DNA of 64,000 nt from Thermodesulfobacteriota bacterium (GCA_965116735.1 OZ220712.1:2369680-2433679); one strand, 5' to 3'; shown: positions 36,834 through 46,435, counted from the first letter of the stretch. Notes: a model not told the origin generated them from the sequence alone. Numbers and translations: made by a program.

Positions 36834-37811
36834 ATGAGATCGATCGTTCGCCTCACTGGCGTGCTGCTGGTCGCGGCAGCGTTTGCATTCGCCGCGGTAC
36901 CCGCGCAGGCCGACTTCCCCAGCAAGACCATCAACTGGGTGGTGCAGTTTCCGCCCGGCGGGGGTTATGACGCCATGAGCCGGGCGCTGGCCCGAAGCCT
37001 CGACAAGTACCTGCCCAAGGGCATTCGCGTCATCGTCAAGAACGTCACCGGCGCGGGCGGGCGGCGCGGCGCCATCTACCTGTACCGCTCCAAGCCGGAC
37101 GGCCACACGGTAGGGCTCCTGGACCTCCTGGGCCTGATCCCGCCCACCATCACCTCCTCGAAAAACCCCGGCTACGAACTGAACAAGTTCCAGTGGATCG
37201 CCCGCATGGGGAACGACGCCTACACGCTGTTCGTGGCGGGCAAATCCCCCCACAAGACCCTGGACGACCTCAAGAAGCTCGACCGGCTGCCCTGGGGAGT
37301 CGAGGGCATCGGAACCGGGCGGTGGCTGCCGTCCTACCTGGCGGCCAAGAACCTGGGGCTGCGCTTCGACGTCGTCACCGGTTACCGCGGAACCGGAGAC
37401 AGCGTGCCCGGCCTGATGCGGGGCGACTTCGTCACCTGGCTGAACCCGAGCGAGCACTCCACGGTGGGGCCGCTGGCGAAAGAAGGCAATCTCCGCTGCG
37501 TCGTCCACCTGGCGCCGAAACGTTCCTGGGCCTGTCCGGAAACGCCCACCTCGGCTGAGCTGGGCAACGGCTACCTGAGCAGCGTCCTGCGGCTGGTGGC
37601 CCTGCCCCCCGGCGTCCCTCCCGAGACGGCGAAGAAGCTGGAGGAGATCGTGGTCAAGGCCATGAACGACCCGCTGTTCACGGACTGGGCCAAGAAGAGC
37701 GGCACGCCCATCGATCCGGGCGACTCGGCGGCCGCGGTGAAGTCGGCCAACAACCTGATCGGCCACGTGCAAAAGGAGGCCGACGGCATCCGCAAGGCGC
37801 TCAAGAAGTAG
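36834..37811 (+). CDS. Tripartite tricarboxylate transporter substrate-binding protein TctC (Bug family)
   Basis: Signal peptide followed by the conserved FPPGGGYDAMSR motif. Confidence 0.85.
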   Translation: MRSIVRLTGVLLVAAAFAFAAVPAQADFPSKTINWVVQFPPGGGYDAMSRALARSLDKYLPKGIRVIVKNVTGAGGRRGAIYLYRSKPDGHTVGLLDLLGLIPPTITSSKNPGYELNKFQWIARMGNDAYTLFVAGKSPHKTLDDLKKLDRLPWGVEGIGTGRWLPSYLAAKNLGLRFDVVTGYRGTGDSVPGLMRGDFVTWLNPSEHSTVGPLAKEGNLRCVVHLAPKRSWACPETPTSAELGNGYLSSVLRLVALPPGVPPETAKKLEEIVVKAMNDPLFTDWAKKSGTPIDPGDSAAAVKSANNLIGHVQKEADGIRKALKK

Positions 37812-37853
37812 GAAACGGTCCGGGATTCCGTATCGACCGGCAACGCGATGCGG

Positions 37854-37883
37854 GCACGGGCGGGTTTGAAACCCGCCCCTACG
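37854..37883. repeat. 30-nt palindromic intergenic element, copy 1 (GCACGGGCGGGTTTGAAACCCGCCCCTACG)
   Basis: Identical 30-mer to 53509..53538. It contains the 21-bp perfect palindrome GGGCGGGTTTGAAACCCGCCC. Confidence 0.5.
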
Positions 37884-37932
37884 ACGTATTCTTCCCGTGG
37901 CGCACGCGGGACGACAACCGAACGAGGACGAC

Positions 37933-39060
37933 ATGCCGGGTGTAATCGACGCGGACACGCATATTTCCGAGTCGGAGGGGATGTGGGAGCTCATGGAGCC
38001 TTCCATGTATCCCCGTCGGCCGGTGATGACCGAGGTGCCGGACGACACGCTCTACGCGGACATCAACGTCCTGTGGCTGATCGACGGCAACCTCTTCCCC
38101 AAGCCCGCCGGCCGGGGCGGCTTCCGGCTCGTGACGCCGTCCCGCTCCAAGGCCCAGGGCCGGCGAGAGGACGTGCTCATCGCCTGCCGGGAGATCACCG
38201 ACGTGCCAGCGCGGCTGGCGGACATGGACCGGCTGGACGTGGACGTGCAGGTCATCTACCCGACCCTGTTCCTGATCTACCTCACCGACGACCCGGAGTT
38301 GGAGACCGCGCTGTGCCGCGCCTACAACGACTGGATGGCGGACGTATGGTCCAAGTCCGGCGGACGGCTCCGCTGGGTGTTGGTGCCGCCGCTCCACTCC
38401 ATGGACGCCTCGCTGGAGGAGATGCGGAAGGCCAAGTCCAACGGCGCGGTGGGAGTCGCGCTGAGGGGGCTCGAAGGCGACCGCAGCGTCGCCGACCCCT
38501 ACTTCTTCCCCCTCTACGCAGAGGCCGAGAAGCTGGACCTTCCCATCTGCATCCACACCGGATCAGGCTCGCGCACCCTTCTCAACATGTTCGACCTGGC
38601 CATCAGCTCGGTCTTCGCCAACCAGGTGGTGGTGCCCCTGTTCGCGTTCCGGGACATCGTGGCCAACCACCTGCCGGCGCGATATCCCGGTCTGCGTTTC
38701 GGTTTCATCGAGGCCAAGGCAAGCTGGATCCCCTACCTGATCCACCTGCTTCGGCGCGAGTCCCGGGCCGTGAACATGAGCGGCCGTAAAGGCATCCAGC
38801 GTCCCAGGTGGAAGCACGAGTCCAACGTGGACCTCTTCCGCGACTACCGCATCTACGTGGCCTGTGAAGCCGACGAGGACCTGCCCTATCTGCTCAACTA
38901 CACCGGCGCGGACAACCTCCTCATCGGCTCGGACTACGGCCACACCGACCCCGCCAACGAGCCGCGCATGGTGGACGTGATGCGGGCGCGCGAGGACGTC
39001 CCGGCGGGCGTCATCGAGAAGATACTGGTGGACAACCCGAAGGCGTTTTACGGGCTCTGA
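37933..39060 (+). CDS. Amidohydrolase-2 family protein (ACMSD/LigW-like), second copy
   Basis: MPGVIDADTHI... and a C-terminal family motif. SD GAGGA precedes ATG 37933. Confidence 0.85.
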   Translation: MPGVIDADTHISESEGMWELMEPSMYPRRPVMTEVPDDTLYADINVLWLIDGNLFPKPAGRGGFRLVTPSRSKAQGRREDVLIACREITDVPARLADMDRLDVDVQVIYPTLFLIYLTDDPELETALCRAYNDWMADVWSKSGGRLRWVLVPPLHSMDASLEEMRKAKSNGAVGVALRGLEGDRSVADPYFFPLYAEAEKLDLPICIHTGSGSRTLLNMFDLAISSVFANQVVVPLFAFRDIVANHLPARYPGLRFGFIEAKASWIPYLIHLLRRESRAVNMSGRKGIQRPRWKHESNVDLFRDYRIYVACEADEDLPYLLNYTGADNLLIGSDYGHTDPANEPRMVDVMRAREDVPAGVIEKILVDNPKAFYGL

Positions 39061-39154
39061 CGGAGGGCCCGCCCGACGCAGCCGGCCGCGCCCCGCATTG
39101 CGGACACGAGCGCCGCGGGCGCTGCCGGCCGGACGTTTCAGAGGAGGCGCCGCG

Positions 39155-39976
39155 GTGGCGGATTCACGGGAGAGCATCGGCGAGCGGGCGGCGCGGGAAG
39201 TGGGCGTGCTGCTGGGCAAGTGCGCGGCGGGGGAAGCGGAGGTCGCCACCACCTACTTCAGCCGGCCGCGGCCCAGGGAAGACCACATCCGGTTCCTGAG
39301 ACAGCAGACCGGCCGGGAGCTGACCCGCGTGTACCAGTTGGGCGGCCTGCTGGCCAATCAATTGGGCTGGCTGGGCGTCACCGTGGACCGGCACACCTAC
39401 CTGGAGACCCTGGAGAAGCTTCACGAGGAGACCAACCACTACGTCATGTGCCACGACGTGCTGGCGTGGTTCACGGGCGAACAGCCCTTCATCGGCGAGT
39501 TGCGCCGCTACGACATCTTCAACCCCGACCCGACCCTCCCCGAAAACGAGGCCAGCATCCGGCTGTCCCGTGAGAAGAAGGCCATCGCGGACGAGCTGGC
39601 GGCGGAGGGGGCGCCCTGGGCGGCCCTGGTGGGGGACGAAGGGGTGCTGGAGGGCGGCGGCTCGGGCACGTTCTTCGCCTTGAGCCGGATCAAGGGCGGC
39701 GAGCTCGAACGGCGGGTGGCCGAAGCCATGAAGGTGGTCCTGAACGACGAGCTGCGGCACGGCGCCGACCAGTTGCAGCGGTTCCACGACCTCGACTTGA
39801 CCGAGGAAGACCTGGAGCGGATCAAGGGATACGTCAAGCGTCACGGCGACGCGCGGGTGCGGTTCCGCAATGCCCAGTTCAACTATCCCGTGAGCGAGGC
39901 GCGCATGCGCGAGATCGAAGCCGGCAAGATCGAGCCGTTGTACGTCTGGGAAGAGGTCGCGCGGAGCGAGACGTGA
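39155..39976 (+). CDS. Hypothetical protein
   Basis: GAGGAGG SD sits 7 nt upstream of GTG 39155. Protein-like composition with no confident family assignment. Confidence 0.5.
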   Translation: MADSRESIGERAAREVGVLLGKCAAGEAEVATTYFSRPRPREDHIRFLRQQTGRELTRVYQLGGLLANQLGWLGVTVDRHTYLETLEKLHEETNHYVMCHDVLAWFTGEQPFIGELRRYDIFNPDPTLPENEASIRLSREKKAIADELAAEGAPWAALVGDEGVLEGGGSGTFFALSRIKGGELERRVAEAMKVVLNDELRHGADQLQRFHDLDLTEEDLERIKGYVKRHGDARVRFRNAQFNYPVSEARMREIEAGKIEPLYVWEEVARSET

Positions 39977-40054
39977 CCCACCCCCCAAGCCGCTCCCCCG
40001 GATCGGCGGCGGGGACTTCGTATCATCCGGCGGCCTGACGACGGAGGAAGCGAG

Positions 40055-40822
40055 ATGTACTCTCTGAAAGGACACACTGCCGTCGTTACGGGCGGCGCCA
40101 ACGGTATCGGCCGCGCCACCGTCGGATTGCTGGGCGAAGCCGGCGCCAACGTCGTCATCGCCGACCTCGATGAAGCGGGCGGCGCGCAAGCCGTGGAGGA
40201 GTTGACGGCACAGGGCGTCGCCGCGCTGTTCGTCAAGACCGACGTAACGCGGGGCGAAGACGTGGACGCCCTGATCCGGGCTACGACGGCGCGGTTCGGA
40301 TCGCTGGAGGTCCTGATGCCGTTCGCCGGAATCGGGCTCGAGAAGCTTGCCCTCGATACGACCCGTGAGGAATGGGACCGGATGATCGCCACCAATCTCA
40401 CCGGCAGTTTCCTCGTGATGCAGGCGGCGGGCGCGGTCATGGCGGAGGCGGGCTACGGCCGGATCGTGGCCATGGCCTCCATCTCCGGCATGCGCGGCGG
40501 CACCGGCCGGGTCGCCTACGGCGCCACCAAGGGCGCGATGATCACCATGACCCGTGTCATGGCCCTGGAATGGGCGGAGACCGGCGTGACCGTAAACGCG
40601 CTGGCGCCGGGACCCGTCGACACCGCCCTGACGCGCAAGATGTACGACGACGAAACCCGCCGCGCGTATGACCGGGCCATTCCCATGCGCCGTTTCGCCC
40701 TTCCGGAAGACGTAGCCCACGCGGCGCTGTTCCTGGCTTTGCCGCAGTCCGGCTACATCACCGGCATCACCCTGCCGGTGGACGGCGGATTCACTTCCAG
40801 CGGGGTGATCAAGCGGAGTTGA
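40055..40822 (+). CDS. SDR-family oxidoreductase
   Basis: TGGANGIGRA cofactor motif and a YGATK catalytic motif. Confidence 0.9.
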   Translation: MYSLKGHTAVVTGGANGIGRATVGLLGEAGANVVIADLDEAGGAQAVEELTAQGVAALFVKTDVTRGEDVDALIRATTARFGSLEVLMPFAGIGLEKLALDTTREEWDRMIATNLTGSFLVMQAAGAVMAEAGYGRIVAMASISGMRGGTGRVAYGATKGAMITMTRVMALEWAETGVTVNALAPGPVDTALTRKMYDDETRRAYDRAIPMRRFALPEDVAHAALFLALPQSGYITGITLPVDGGFTSSGVIKRS

Positions 40823-40914
40823 GCCGGGAAGCTCACCTTGGAGGACCTACACGTCAAGGCCCGTGGCCCCGCCAGCGACTGGCACGCGCTCTCCGGAACC
40901 GCCAGGGTGGATCG

Positions 40915-42021
40915 TCAAAGATTGTAGAAGGCCAGGCCGTTCTCACGCAGGATCTTCCGCTTGACGGCCTCGGAGATGTCGGTGCGTTCCCGGATCTCCT
41001 CGATTCCGGTCTCGCGGGCCTCGGCATGGGGGATGTCGCCCTCGATGAGTATCTGGTCCTCTCCCACCAGATCGATCACCTGCGGCAGGAGCGGCTCCTC
41101 GGCCTCGCAGGTCACGTAAACCCGCCCTTCCTTGAGATACTCGCTGGGAAGTTTCTTCGAACGGTTGCCGAGCATCGCGACAACCGGATGGTAGTGGTCC
41201 ATCCGCCCCACCATGTACGGGATCCATTCGGAACCCGCCTCCAGGAAAGCCACCCGAAGCTTCGGGAAACGGTCCAGCACCCCGCCCCCCAGGATGCTGA
41301 AGAATCCCATCAGCACCGGCAGCGTGAAGCTGAGGATGAGTGCCGCGTAGGGGTCCTCGCAGGTCTGCGTCAGGCCCGGCGCGCTCCAGCCGGTATGGAT
41401 GCAAACCGGCAGGTCCACCTCGCAGGCGGCGGCATAGAACGGCGAAAGGTCCGGGTGGTGCAGCAGCCGCTGGCCGGCGCTGCCCCCGATCATGAGCCCC
41501 ACCGCGCCCAGCTCCCGTGCCCGGCGGACCTCCGCCACGCACGCATCCGGGTCCCGCATGGGAATGACCGCGGCCCACTTCACGCGCTCCGGCCGCTCGG
41601 CGCAGCGTTGCGCGATCCACGTGTTGTAGCTCCGCATCAACGCCGCCTCGAACCTCGGGTCTTCGGTAAGGCGATGGAAGAGGATCGAGGAATAGATGAC
41701 CTGTATGTCGATGCCGAAGGCGTCCAGGTCCTTGATCCGCGCGTCGATGTCGGTCATCCCCTGGCTGCCGATGTTGAAGATCTTGTCCCGCGCGAACTTC
41801 ATCTCCAGCGGCGTGCCGCTGAACGTCGTGCCCGAACCCCACAACCTGGGATGGATCTGACCGTCGATCAGCCACCAGGCATCGATGTGGGAGTGGGTCG
41901 CAAGCCCCTCCCCCCGAACCACCACCGGCCGCCTGTCGCGAAACTCATCATCCAGATAGTCCCACGTCTCCGGCACTTCCATGACATGGGAGTCCGCATC
42001 GACAACGCCCAGCTCTCGCAT
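40915..42021 (-). CDS. Amidohydrolase-2 family protein, third copy
   Basis: MRELGVVDADSHV... and C-terminal family motifs. Confidence 0.85.
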   Translation of the reverse strand: MRELGVVDADSHVMEVPETWDYLDDEFRDRRPVVVRGEGLATHSHIDAWWLIDGQIHPRLWGSGTTFSGTPLEMKFARDKIFNIGSQGMTDIDARIKDLDAFGIDIQVIYSSILFHRLTEDPRFEAALMRSYNTWIAQRCAERPERVKWAAVIPMRDPDACVAEVRRARELGAVGLMIGGSAGQRLLHHPDLSPFYAAACEVDLPVCIHTGWSAPGLTQTCEDPYAALILSFTLPVLMGFFSILGGGVLDRFPKLRVAFLEAGSEWIPYMVGRMDHYHPVVAMLGNRSKKLPSEYLKEGRVYVTCEAEEPLLPQVIDLVGEDQILIEGDIPHAEARETGIEEIRERTDISEAVKRKILRENGLAFYNL

Positions 42022-42444
42022 AGGTCCATCCTCCTACAGGATTCGCTCGGCCACCGCCGCAACGCGGCACGCTCCGGTCGCACTATCGGGCAAAAGGGCC
42101 ACCGCTGTCAACGGTAGGCCCTGCTTGCGGTTCCGGGTACCGTTTCTCGGGAGGAACAACTGGACGCCGCTGTGTCAGCGGCCCGGACGCCGAACGGCCG
42201 GTGACTCGAGGAGCCGGTCTTCATGTCCAAGGTCCGGTCCCTGTACCGTTCGATCGATTTTTGAAACTTCCGCCGCCACCGCTGTCGCCGATGCCTTCCT
42301 TGAGAAGGAACGCCTTTCTACCTCGACTTTCGACCGCCGTGCACGTTTCGCCTGCGTTTCGCGAATGCTACTTTGTTTGCCCGATGAAAAGTATTACCGT
42401 TAATTTATAGCAATTTTCGATTGGTCAACCCCGTCTTTCACCAC

Positions 42445-43080
42445 TCATGCTTCGGTATGGTTCGCGATTCGCGAATCTGCACTTCGCCCCGCACTGCCAT
42501 CCACCGCCGTCTGCGCCACGACAAGCGTCACGGCCGCAACATCGCCGGCGGCCGCCCAGCCGTGGCGCATGCGTGCATCGAAGTGGACCGACTCGCCGGC
42601 ATTGAGCTCAATGATACTGTACGGCTCCATATAGAACCTCACCGACCCGCTCACGACGTAGACGAATTCCTCTCCGGTGTGGGCGTGGGCCCCGGCTACG
42701 ACGTCGTCGTCCGTCGCCTTCGCGACCGCAATGACTCGGGGGTGCAGCGCCTTCGTCGACAATTCGCCGCTCAACACGAGGGTTTCGCAGTCCGAGCTTC
42801 CAAGCCGAAGGCCCTCGCCGAGCCGGTTGACCGTCCGTGATCCGTGGGCGAAGGTGGCGAAACTCCCGCCTTCGAAGAACTCGGCCAGATTGAGGTCGAG
42901 GCCTTCACACAACCGGACCAGCACATCGTAGTTCGGAGATGTCTGGTTGTTCTCGATCTTGGAGAGGGTGGAGACGGCAACGCCCGTCTTGTTGCTTACG
43001 GTCGAAAGGGTCCAACCGTTCTCCCTTCTCAGGCGATGCAACGCCGTCCCTACATTATGTGAACGTCTACGGGTGGGCAT
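42445..43080 (-). CDS. XRE-family HTH plus cupin-domain transcriptional regulator
   Basis: N-terminal HTH (LHRLRRENGWTLSTVSNKTGVAVSTLSKIENNQTSP) and a C-terminal cupin (GAHAHTGEEFVYVVSGSVRFY). Confidence 0.85.
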   Translation of the reverse strand: MPTRRRSHNVGTALHRLRRENGWTLSTVSNKTGVAVSTLSKIENNQTSPNYDVLVRLCEGLDLNLAEFFEGGSFATFAHGSRTVNRLGEGLRLGSSDCETLVLSGELSTKALHPRVIAVAKATDDDVVAGAHAHTGEEFVYVVSGSVRFYMEPYSIIELNAGESVHFDARMRHGWAAAGDVAAVTLVVAQTAVDGSAGRSADSRIANHTEA

Positions 43081-43489
43081 AAGGTTTCTCGACGTTGAAC
43101 TAGATTGACCTCCGCGCCGCTATCGGTTGAGTTCAAGTTTGCGGCGCAGGCGACCACAATTTTTCGGAACCGGCGCCGGACAACGATAATTTATAAGAAC
43201 ATATAACCTTGTCCAACGCAAGTATGAATTTGCGGCGCAATTTAAACGAGTAGTATTTTCAAGAAAGACCGTAATGGAACTTGCGGGCGAAGACCCGGGA
43301 CTCCAGGCGAGTCGGAATGAAGAGACGGTCGGGGGGCCGGAGGACGGGGACCGGAAGGAACACGTCGTGTCGGCCCGCGACGATTCGGCTCCTTTAACTC
43401 CGGCGCGGATGTCGTGCTAGGATACCCCTTTTGCGGGCGGGGGGAGCAGGAAGCCCCGGAAAGTGGACCTGCCTCGCATGGGAGGACTC

Positions 43490-44128
43490 ATGAAACTCTA
43501 CGGCTACTTCAGAAGCTCCGCGTCCTACCGGGTGCGCGTGGCGCTGGCGCTCAAGGACGTCGACTACGTCCTCCAGCCGGTGCACCTCCGCCGCAACGAG
43601 CAGCGGGCACCCGGCTTTCTGGACCGCAATCCCCAAGGCTTGGTTCCAGCCCTGGAGGACGACGGCTCGGTGATCACGCAATCCCTGGCCATCATCGAGT
43701 ATCTCGATGAACGCATTCCGGCGCCGCCCCTACTGCCGCCTACCGCTGTGGACCGGGCGTGGGTCCGGGCAATGGCTCAGATCGTCGCCTGCGATGTCCA
43801 CCCGATCAACAACCTCCGGGTCCTGCAGTACCTGGAGAACGATCTCGGCCTGGACGACGATGCGCGAGGCGCGTGGGCCAGACGCTGGATCGACGAGGGT
43901 TTTTCGGCCATGGAGGCCATGCTCAAGGACGATTCGCGAACGGGCGCCCACTGCTTCGGGAACCAGCCGACGCTGGCGGACATCTGTCTCGTGCCTCAGG
44001 TGTTCAACTCGCGCCGCTTCGGTCTGGATCTGGCCCGCTACCCGACCCTTGCACGGATCTACGAGAACTGCATGCGATTGCCCGCCTTCGCGGATCAGGC
44101 CCCCGAACGACAACCCGACGCCGAATGA
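43490..44128 (+). CDS. maiA: Maleylacetoacetate / maleylpyruvate isomerase (GST zeta class)
   Basis: MKLYGYFRSSASYRVRVALALKDVDY...NPQGLVPAL matches the MaiA/GST-zeta N-terminus. SD GGGAGG. Confidence 0.8.
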   Translation: MKLYGYFRSSASYRVRVALALKDVDYVLQPVHLRRNEQRAPGFLDRNPQGLVPALEDDGSVITQSLAIIEYLDERIPAPPLLPPTAVDRAWVRAMAQIVACDVHPINNLRVLQYLENDLGLDDDARGAWARRWIDEGFSAMEAMLKDDSRTGAHCFGNQPTLADICLVPQVFNSRRFGLDLARYPTLARIYENCMRLPAFADQAPERQPDAE

Positions 44129-45507
44129 CCCTGACGCCTCATCGGCTGGTGGCTTCCGCCGTCTGCGCCGCCGGGGTGGCGCTGGCCCTGGCGCCGGCAC
44201 CCACGGGGATGCCGGTGGAAATCCTGCCCGCGGCCGCGGTCACGGTGGTGTGCATCGGGCTGTGGGCGACCGCCGTCATACCCGAGTACCTGACCGCGGT
44301 CATCTTCTGCTTCCTTGCCGTTACCGTGGCCGGCGCCCCGCCGGACGTGGTCTTCGCCGGTTTCCAGTCAACCGCGGCGTGGCTCGTGTTCGGCGGGTTG
44401 ATCGTTGCCGCCTCGGTGCAGGCCACCGGCCTCGGAGCCCGTATCGCCACCGCCGCGGTCGCCTACTTCGGCAAGTCCTACCGGGGGTTCCTCTGGCGTA
44501 TCGTACTCACCGCCGCCCTCATGGGCTTCATCATGCCCTCCAACATGGGCCGGGTGCTCGTCATGCTGCCGATCTTCCTGAACATGGGAGAGCGGCTCGG
44601 GTTCGGCCCGGGCAGCAAGGGCCGTGTCGGCATCACCCTCGCCGTGGCGGCCGGCAGCATCTTCCCGAGCTTCGGCATCCTGACGGCGGCCGTGCCCAAT
44701 GTCGTGCTCCTGGGAGCGGCCGAGAGCCTCCACGGAATCAAGATCACCTACGGCGAATTTTTCCTGTTGCATTTCCCGGTCATCAGCATCGTCAATATCG
44801 TGGCGCTTCCCTTCCTGGTCGCGGCCCTTTTCCCGGCCCGGCTCGAACCGGCTTCGGCGCCGGCCGCAAGCGCGCCGTGGACGGCCGCCGAACGCAACCT
44901 GGTGCTGATCCTGGCGGTGACCCTGGCGCTCTGGGTCACGGACCACTGGCACGGGATGTCTCCCGCGTGGATCGCGCTGGGAGCGGGCATTCTCTGTCTG
45001 CTGCCGCGCCTGGGATGCATCCCGCCCACCTCCCTCACGGGCAAGGTCAACCTCGGTCCGTGGCTCTTCATTTGCGGCATCATCGGCATGGGATCGGTGG
45101 TGGTGCACAGCGGGCTGGGCGGCCTGCTGGCCGGCTGGCTGCTGGACCGGCTCCCCATGCAGCCCGGCCACGACCTCTCCAATCTCGCCGCCATGAGCGC
45201 CGTGGGCATGATCATCAGCATGGCCACCACGGTCCCGGGCGAGCCGGTCATCGCCGCCACGCTGGCCCGGGACATCAGCGCCGCCAGCGGCTGGCCCGTG
45301 GCCACCGTGCTGCTGGTGCAGGCCGTCAACTGGACCATGGTGCCCTTCCCCTACGAGCTGCCGCCCATGGTGGTGGCGTCGCGAATGGCCGGGATGGGGA
45401 TCGGTCACGCCACCCGTCTGCTGCTAACCCTCACGCTGCTGGCATGGGTGGTCACGTTGCCGCTTCATTTCGTCTGGTTCCGCCATCTAGGCTACTTCGG
45501 AGGGTAG
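44125..45507 (+). CDS. Integral membrane permease (putative anion/organic acid transporter)
   Basis: Start overlaps the maiA stop (ATGA). About 12 to 14 predicted TM segments. The track ORFs 43707 and 43759 are upstream artefact extensions. Confidence 0.6.
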   Translation: MTLTPHRLVASAVCAAGVALALAPAPTGMPVEILPAAAVTVVCIGLWATAVIPEYLTAVIFCFLAVTVAGAPPDVVFAGFQSTAAWLVFGGLIVAASVQATGLGARIATAAVAYFGKSYRGFLWRIVLTAALMGFIMPSNMGRVLVMLPIFLNMGERLGFGPGSKGRVGITLAVAAGSIFPSFGILTAAVPNVVLLGAAESLHGIKITYGEFFLLHFPVISIVNIVALPFLVAALFPARLEPASAPAASAPWTAAERNLVLILAVTLALWVTDHWHGMSPAWIALGAGILCLLPRLGCIPPTSLTGKVNLGPWLFICGIIGMGSVVVHSGLGGLLAGWLLDRLPMQPGHDLSNLAAMSAVGMIISMATTVPGEPVIAATLARDISAASGWPVATVLLVQAVNWTMVPFPYELPPMVVASRMAGMGIGHATRLLLTLTLLAWVVTLPLHFVWFRHLGYFGG

Positions 45508-45563
45508 GCTACTTCGGAGGATAGGATACTTCGGAGGGTAGGATACTTCGCAGGGTAGGAATA
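45488..45563. repeat. Tandem direct repeat, four and a half copies of the 17-bp unit TAGGNTACTTCGGAGGG, ending in a T-run
   Basis: Units start at 45488, 45505, 45522 and 45539, with a partial fifth at 45556. Unit 1 encodes the last 7 codons of the permease, and its stop codon is the TAG that begins unit 2. Confidence 0.7.
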
Positions 45564-45593
45564 TTTTTTGGCGACCTGACCCGAGACACCGGA

Positions 45594-46316
45594 ATGAGCT
45601 GGGAGATCGGCCTCTACGCTTTCGCCGTGGTGCTTGCGGCCGCGAGCCTGCAGGGAATTACCGGAGCCGGCATGATGATCCTGTCGGTGCCGCCTCTCGT
45701 GGTGGCGATGCCGGCTACGGTGGTGGTGCCCGGCATCGTCCTTCTCTACCTGCCCTTGGGCACCGCCCAGATCATCCAGCTCCGCCGTGACATCGACCGC
45801 CGGCGCCTGGCCACGCTGCTGCTGAGCTCCGCCCCGATGGTTCCCCTGGGCGCCCTGGTCCTGAGGGAGGTGGACACGGTCACGTTGCAGCGGGGCATCG
45901 GTTTGCTGATGATCGCACTGGCGCTGCTGCTGCAGGTGAAACCGGGGCCTCCGTTCTCGCGGGAGCTGCCTCCCTGCGTCGGCACCGGCCTGATCGCCGG
46001 CTTTCTCGCCGCCAGCACTTCGGTGTCCGGTCCGCCGCTGGTGCTGTTCGGGCTCAAGCAGCGCTGGGAACCGGCCCGCTTCCGCGCCACCCTGATCGCC
46101 TACTTCCTGGTGATCTCCGCCTTCTCCCTGCCCTTCTACTGGGAGATGGAGCTGCTCACTGCCGCGGTCTGGTGGTTCGTGCTCTACGGTCTGCCCGGCA
46201 TCGCCCTTGGGTACTTCACCGGCGCATGGCTCCGGGCACGGGTCTCGGTGGCCGCGTTCCGCTGGCTCGCCACCGGCGTGGTGGTCGCCGGGGGCCTCGC
46301 CGCGGCCCTGCTTTGA
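45594..46316 (+). CDS. Sulfite exporter TauE/SafE-family membrane protein
   Basis: Glycine-rich TM helices (LQGITGAGMMIL) typical of DUF81/TauE. Confidence 0.8.
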   Translation: MSWEIGLYAFAVVLAAASLQGITGAGMMILSVPPLVVAMPATVVVPGIVLLYLPLGTAQIIQLRRDIDRRRLATLLLSSAPMVPLGALVLREVDTVTLQRGIGLLMIALALLLQVKPGPPFSRELPPCVGTGLIAGFLAASTSVSGPPLVLFGLKQRWEPARFRATLIAYFLVISAFSLPFYWEMELLTAAVWWFVLYGLPGIALGYFTGAWLRARVSVAAFRWLATGVVVAGGLAAALL

Positions 46317-46435
46317 AGCCAAAACCGGTATCCGGAAGCCCTGATTCAAGGTTGACAACGCCACGGCGCGTTGATAGAAGCGCCAAATCACCCGAGGTCG
46401 GGTGCCCATCGTCAACCATCCGAAGGGAGAGGAAA

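Noticed and set aside
34947-38048. 1033-aa minus-strand ORF
   Set aside because: Only the last 271 codons (34947..35762) form a VOC-family gene with a GGGAGG SD. The rest is Arg/Gly/Pro-rich and overlaps three well-supported plus-strand genes (FAH, TctC, amidohydrolase-2). It is a high-GC antisense artefact.
42201-42410. 69-aa ORF in the long spacer downstream of the regulator gene
   Set aside because: No RBS and a Pro/Leu-rich composition. More likely a non-coding leader.
42461-42475. 15-bp palindrome TTCGCGATTCGCGAA
   Set aside because: It lies inside the 3' coding end of the XRE-cupin regulator gene, so it may be coincidental. Only the upstream TTCGCGAA at 42358 is intergenic.
43707-45524. 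605-aa and 582-aa plus-strand ORFs upstream of and overlapping the permease
   Set aside because: These are wrong-frame or upstream-extended versions. The real gene starts at ATG 44125, coupled to the maiA stop, and has a hydrophobic TM-rich translation.
45488-45563. Considered whether the 17-bp tandem repeats could be a CRISPR array
   Set aside because: The units are directly adjacent with no spacers, the unit length is only 17 bp and the array is four units long. It is a simple tandem repeat.
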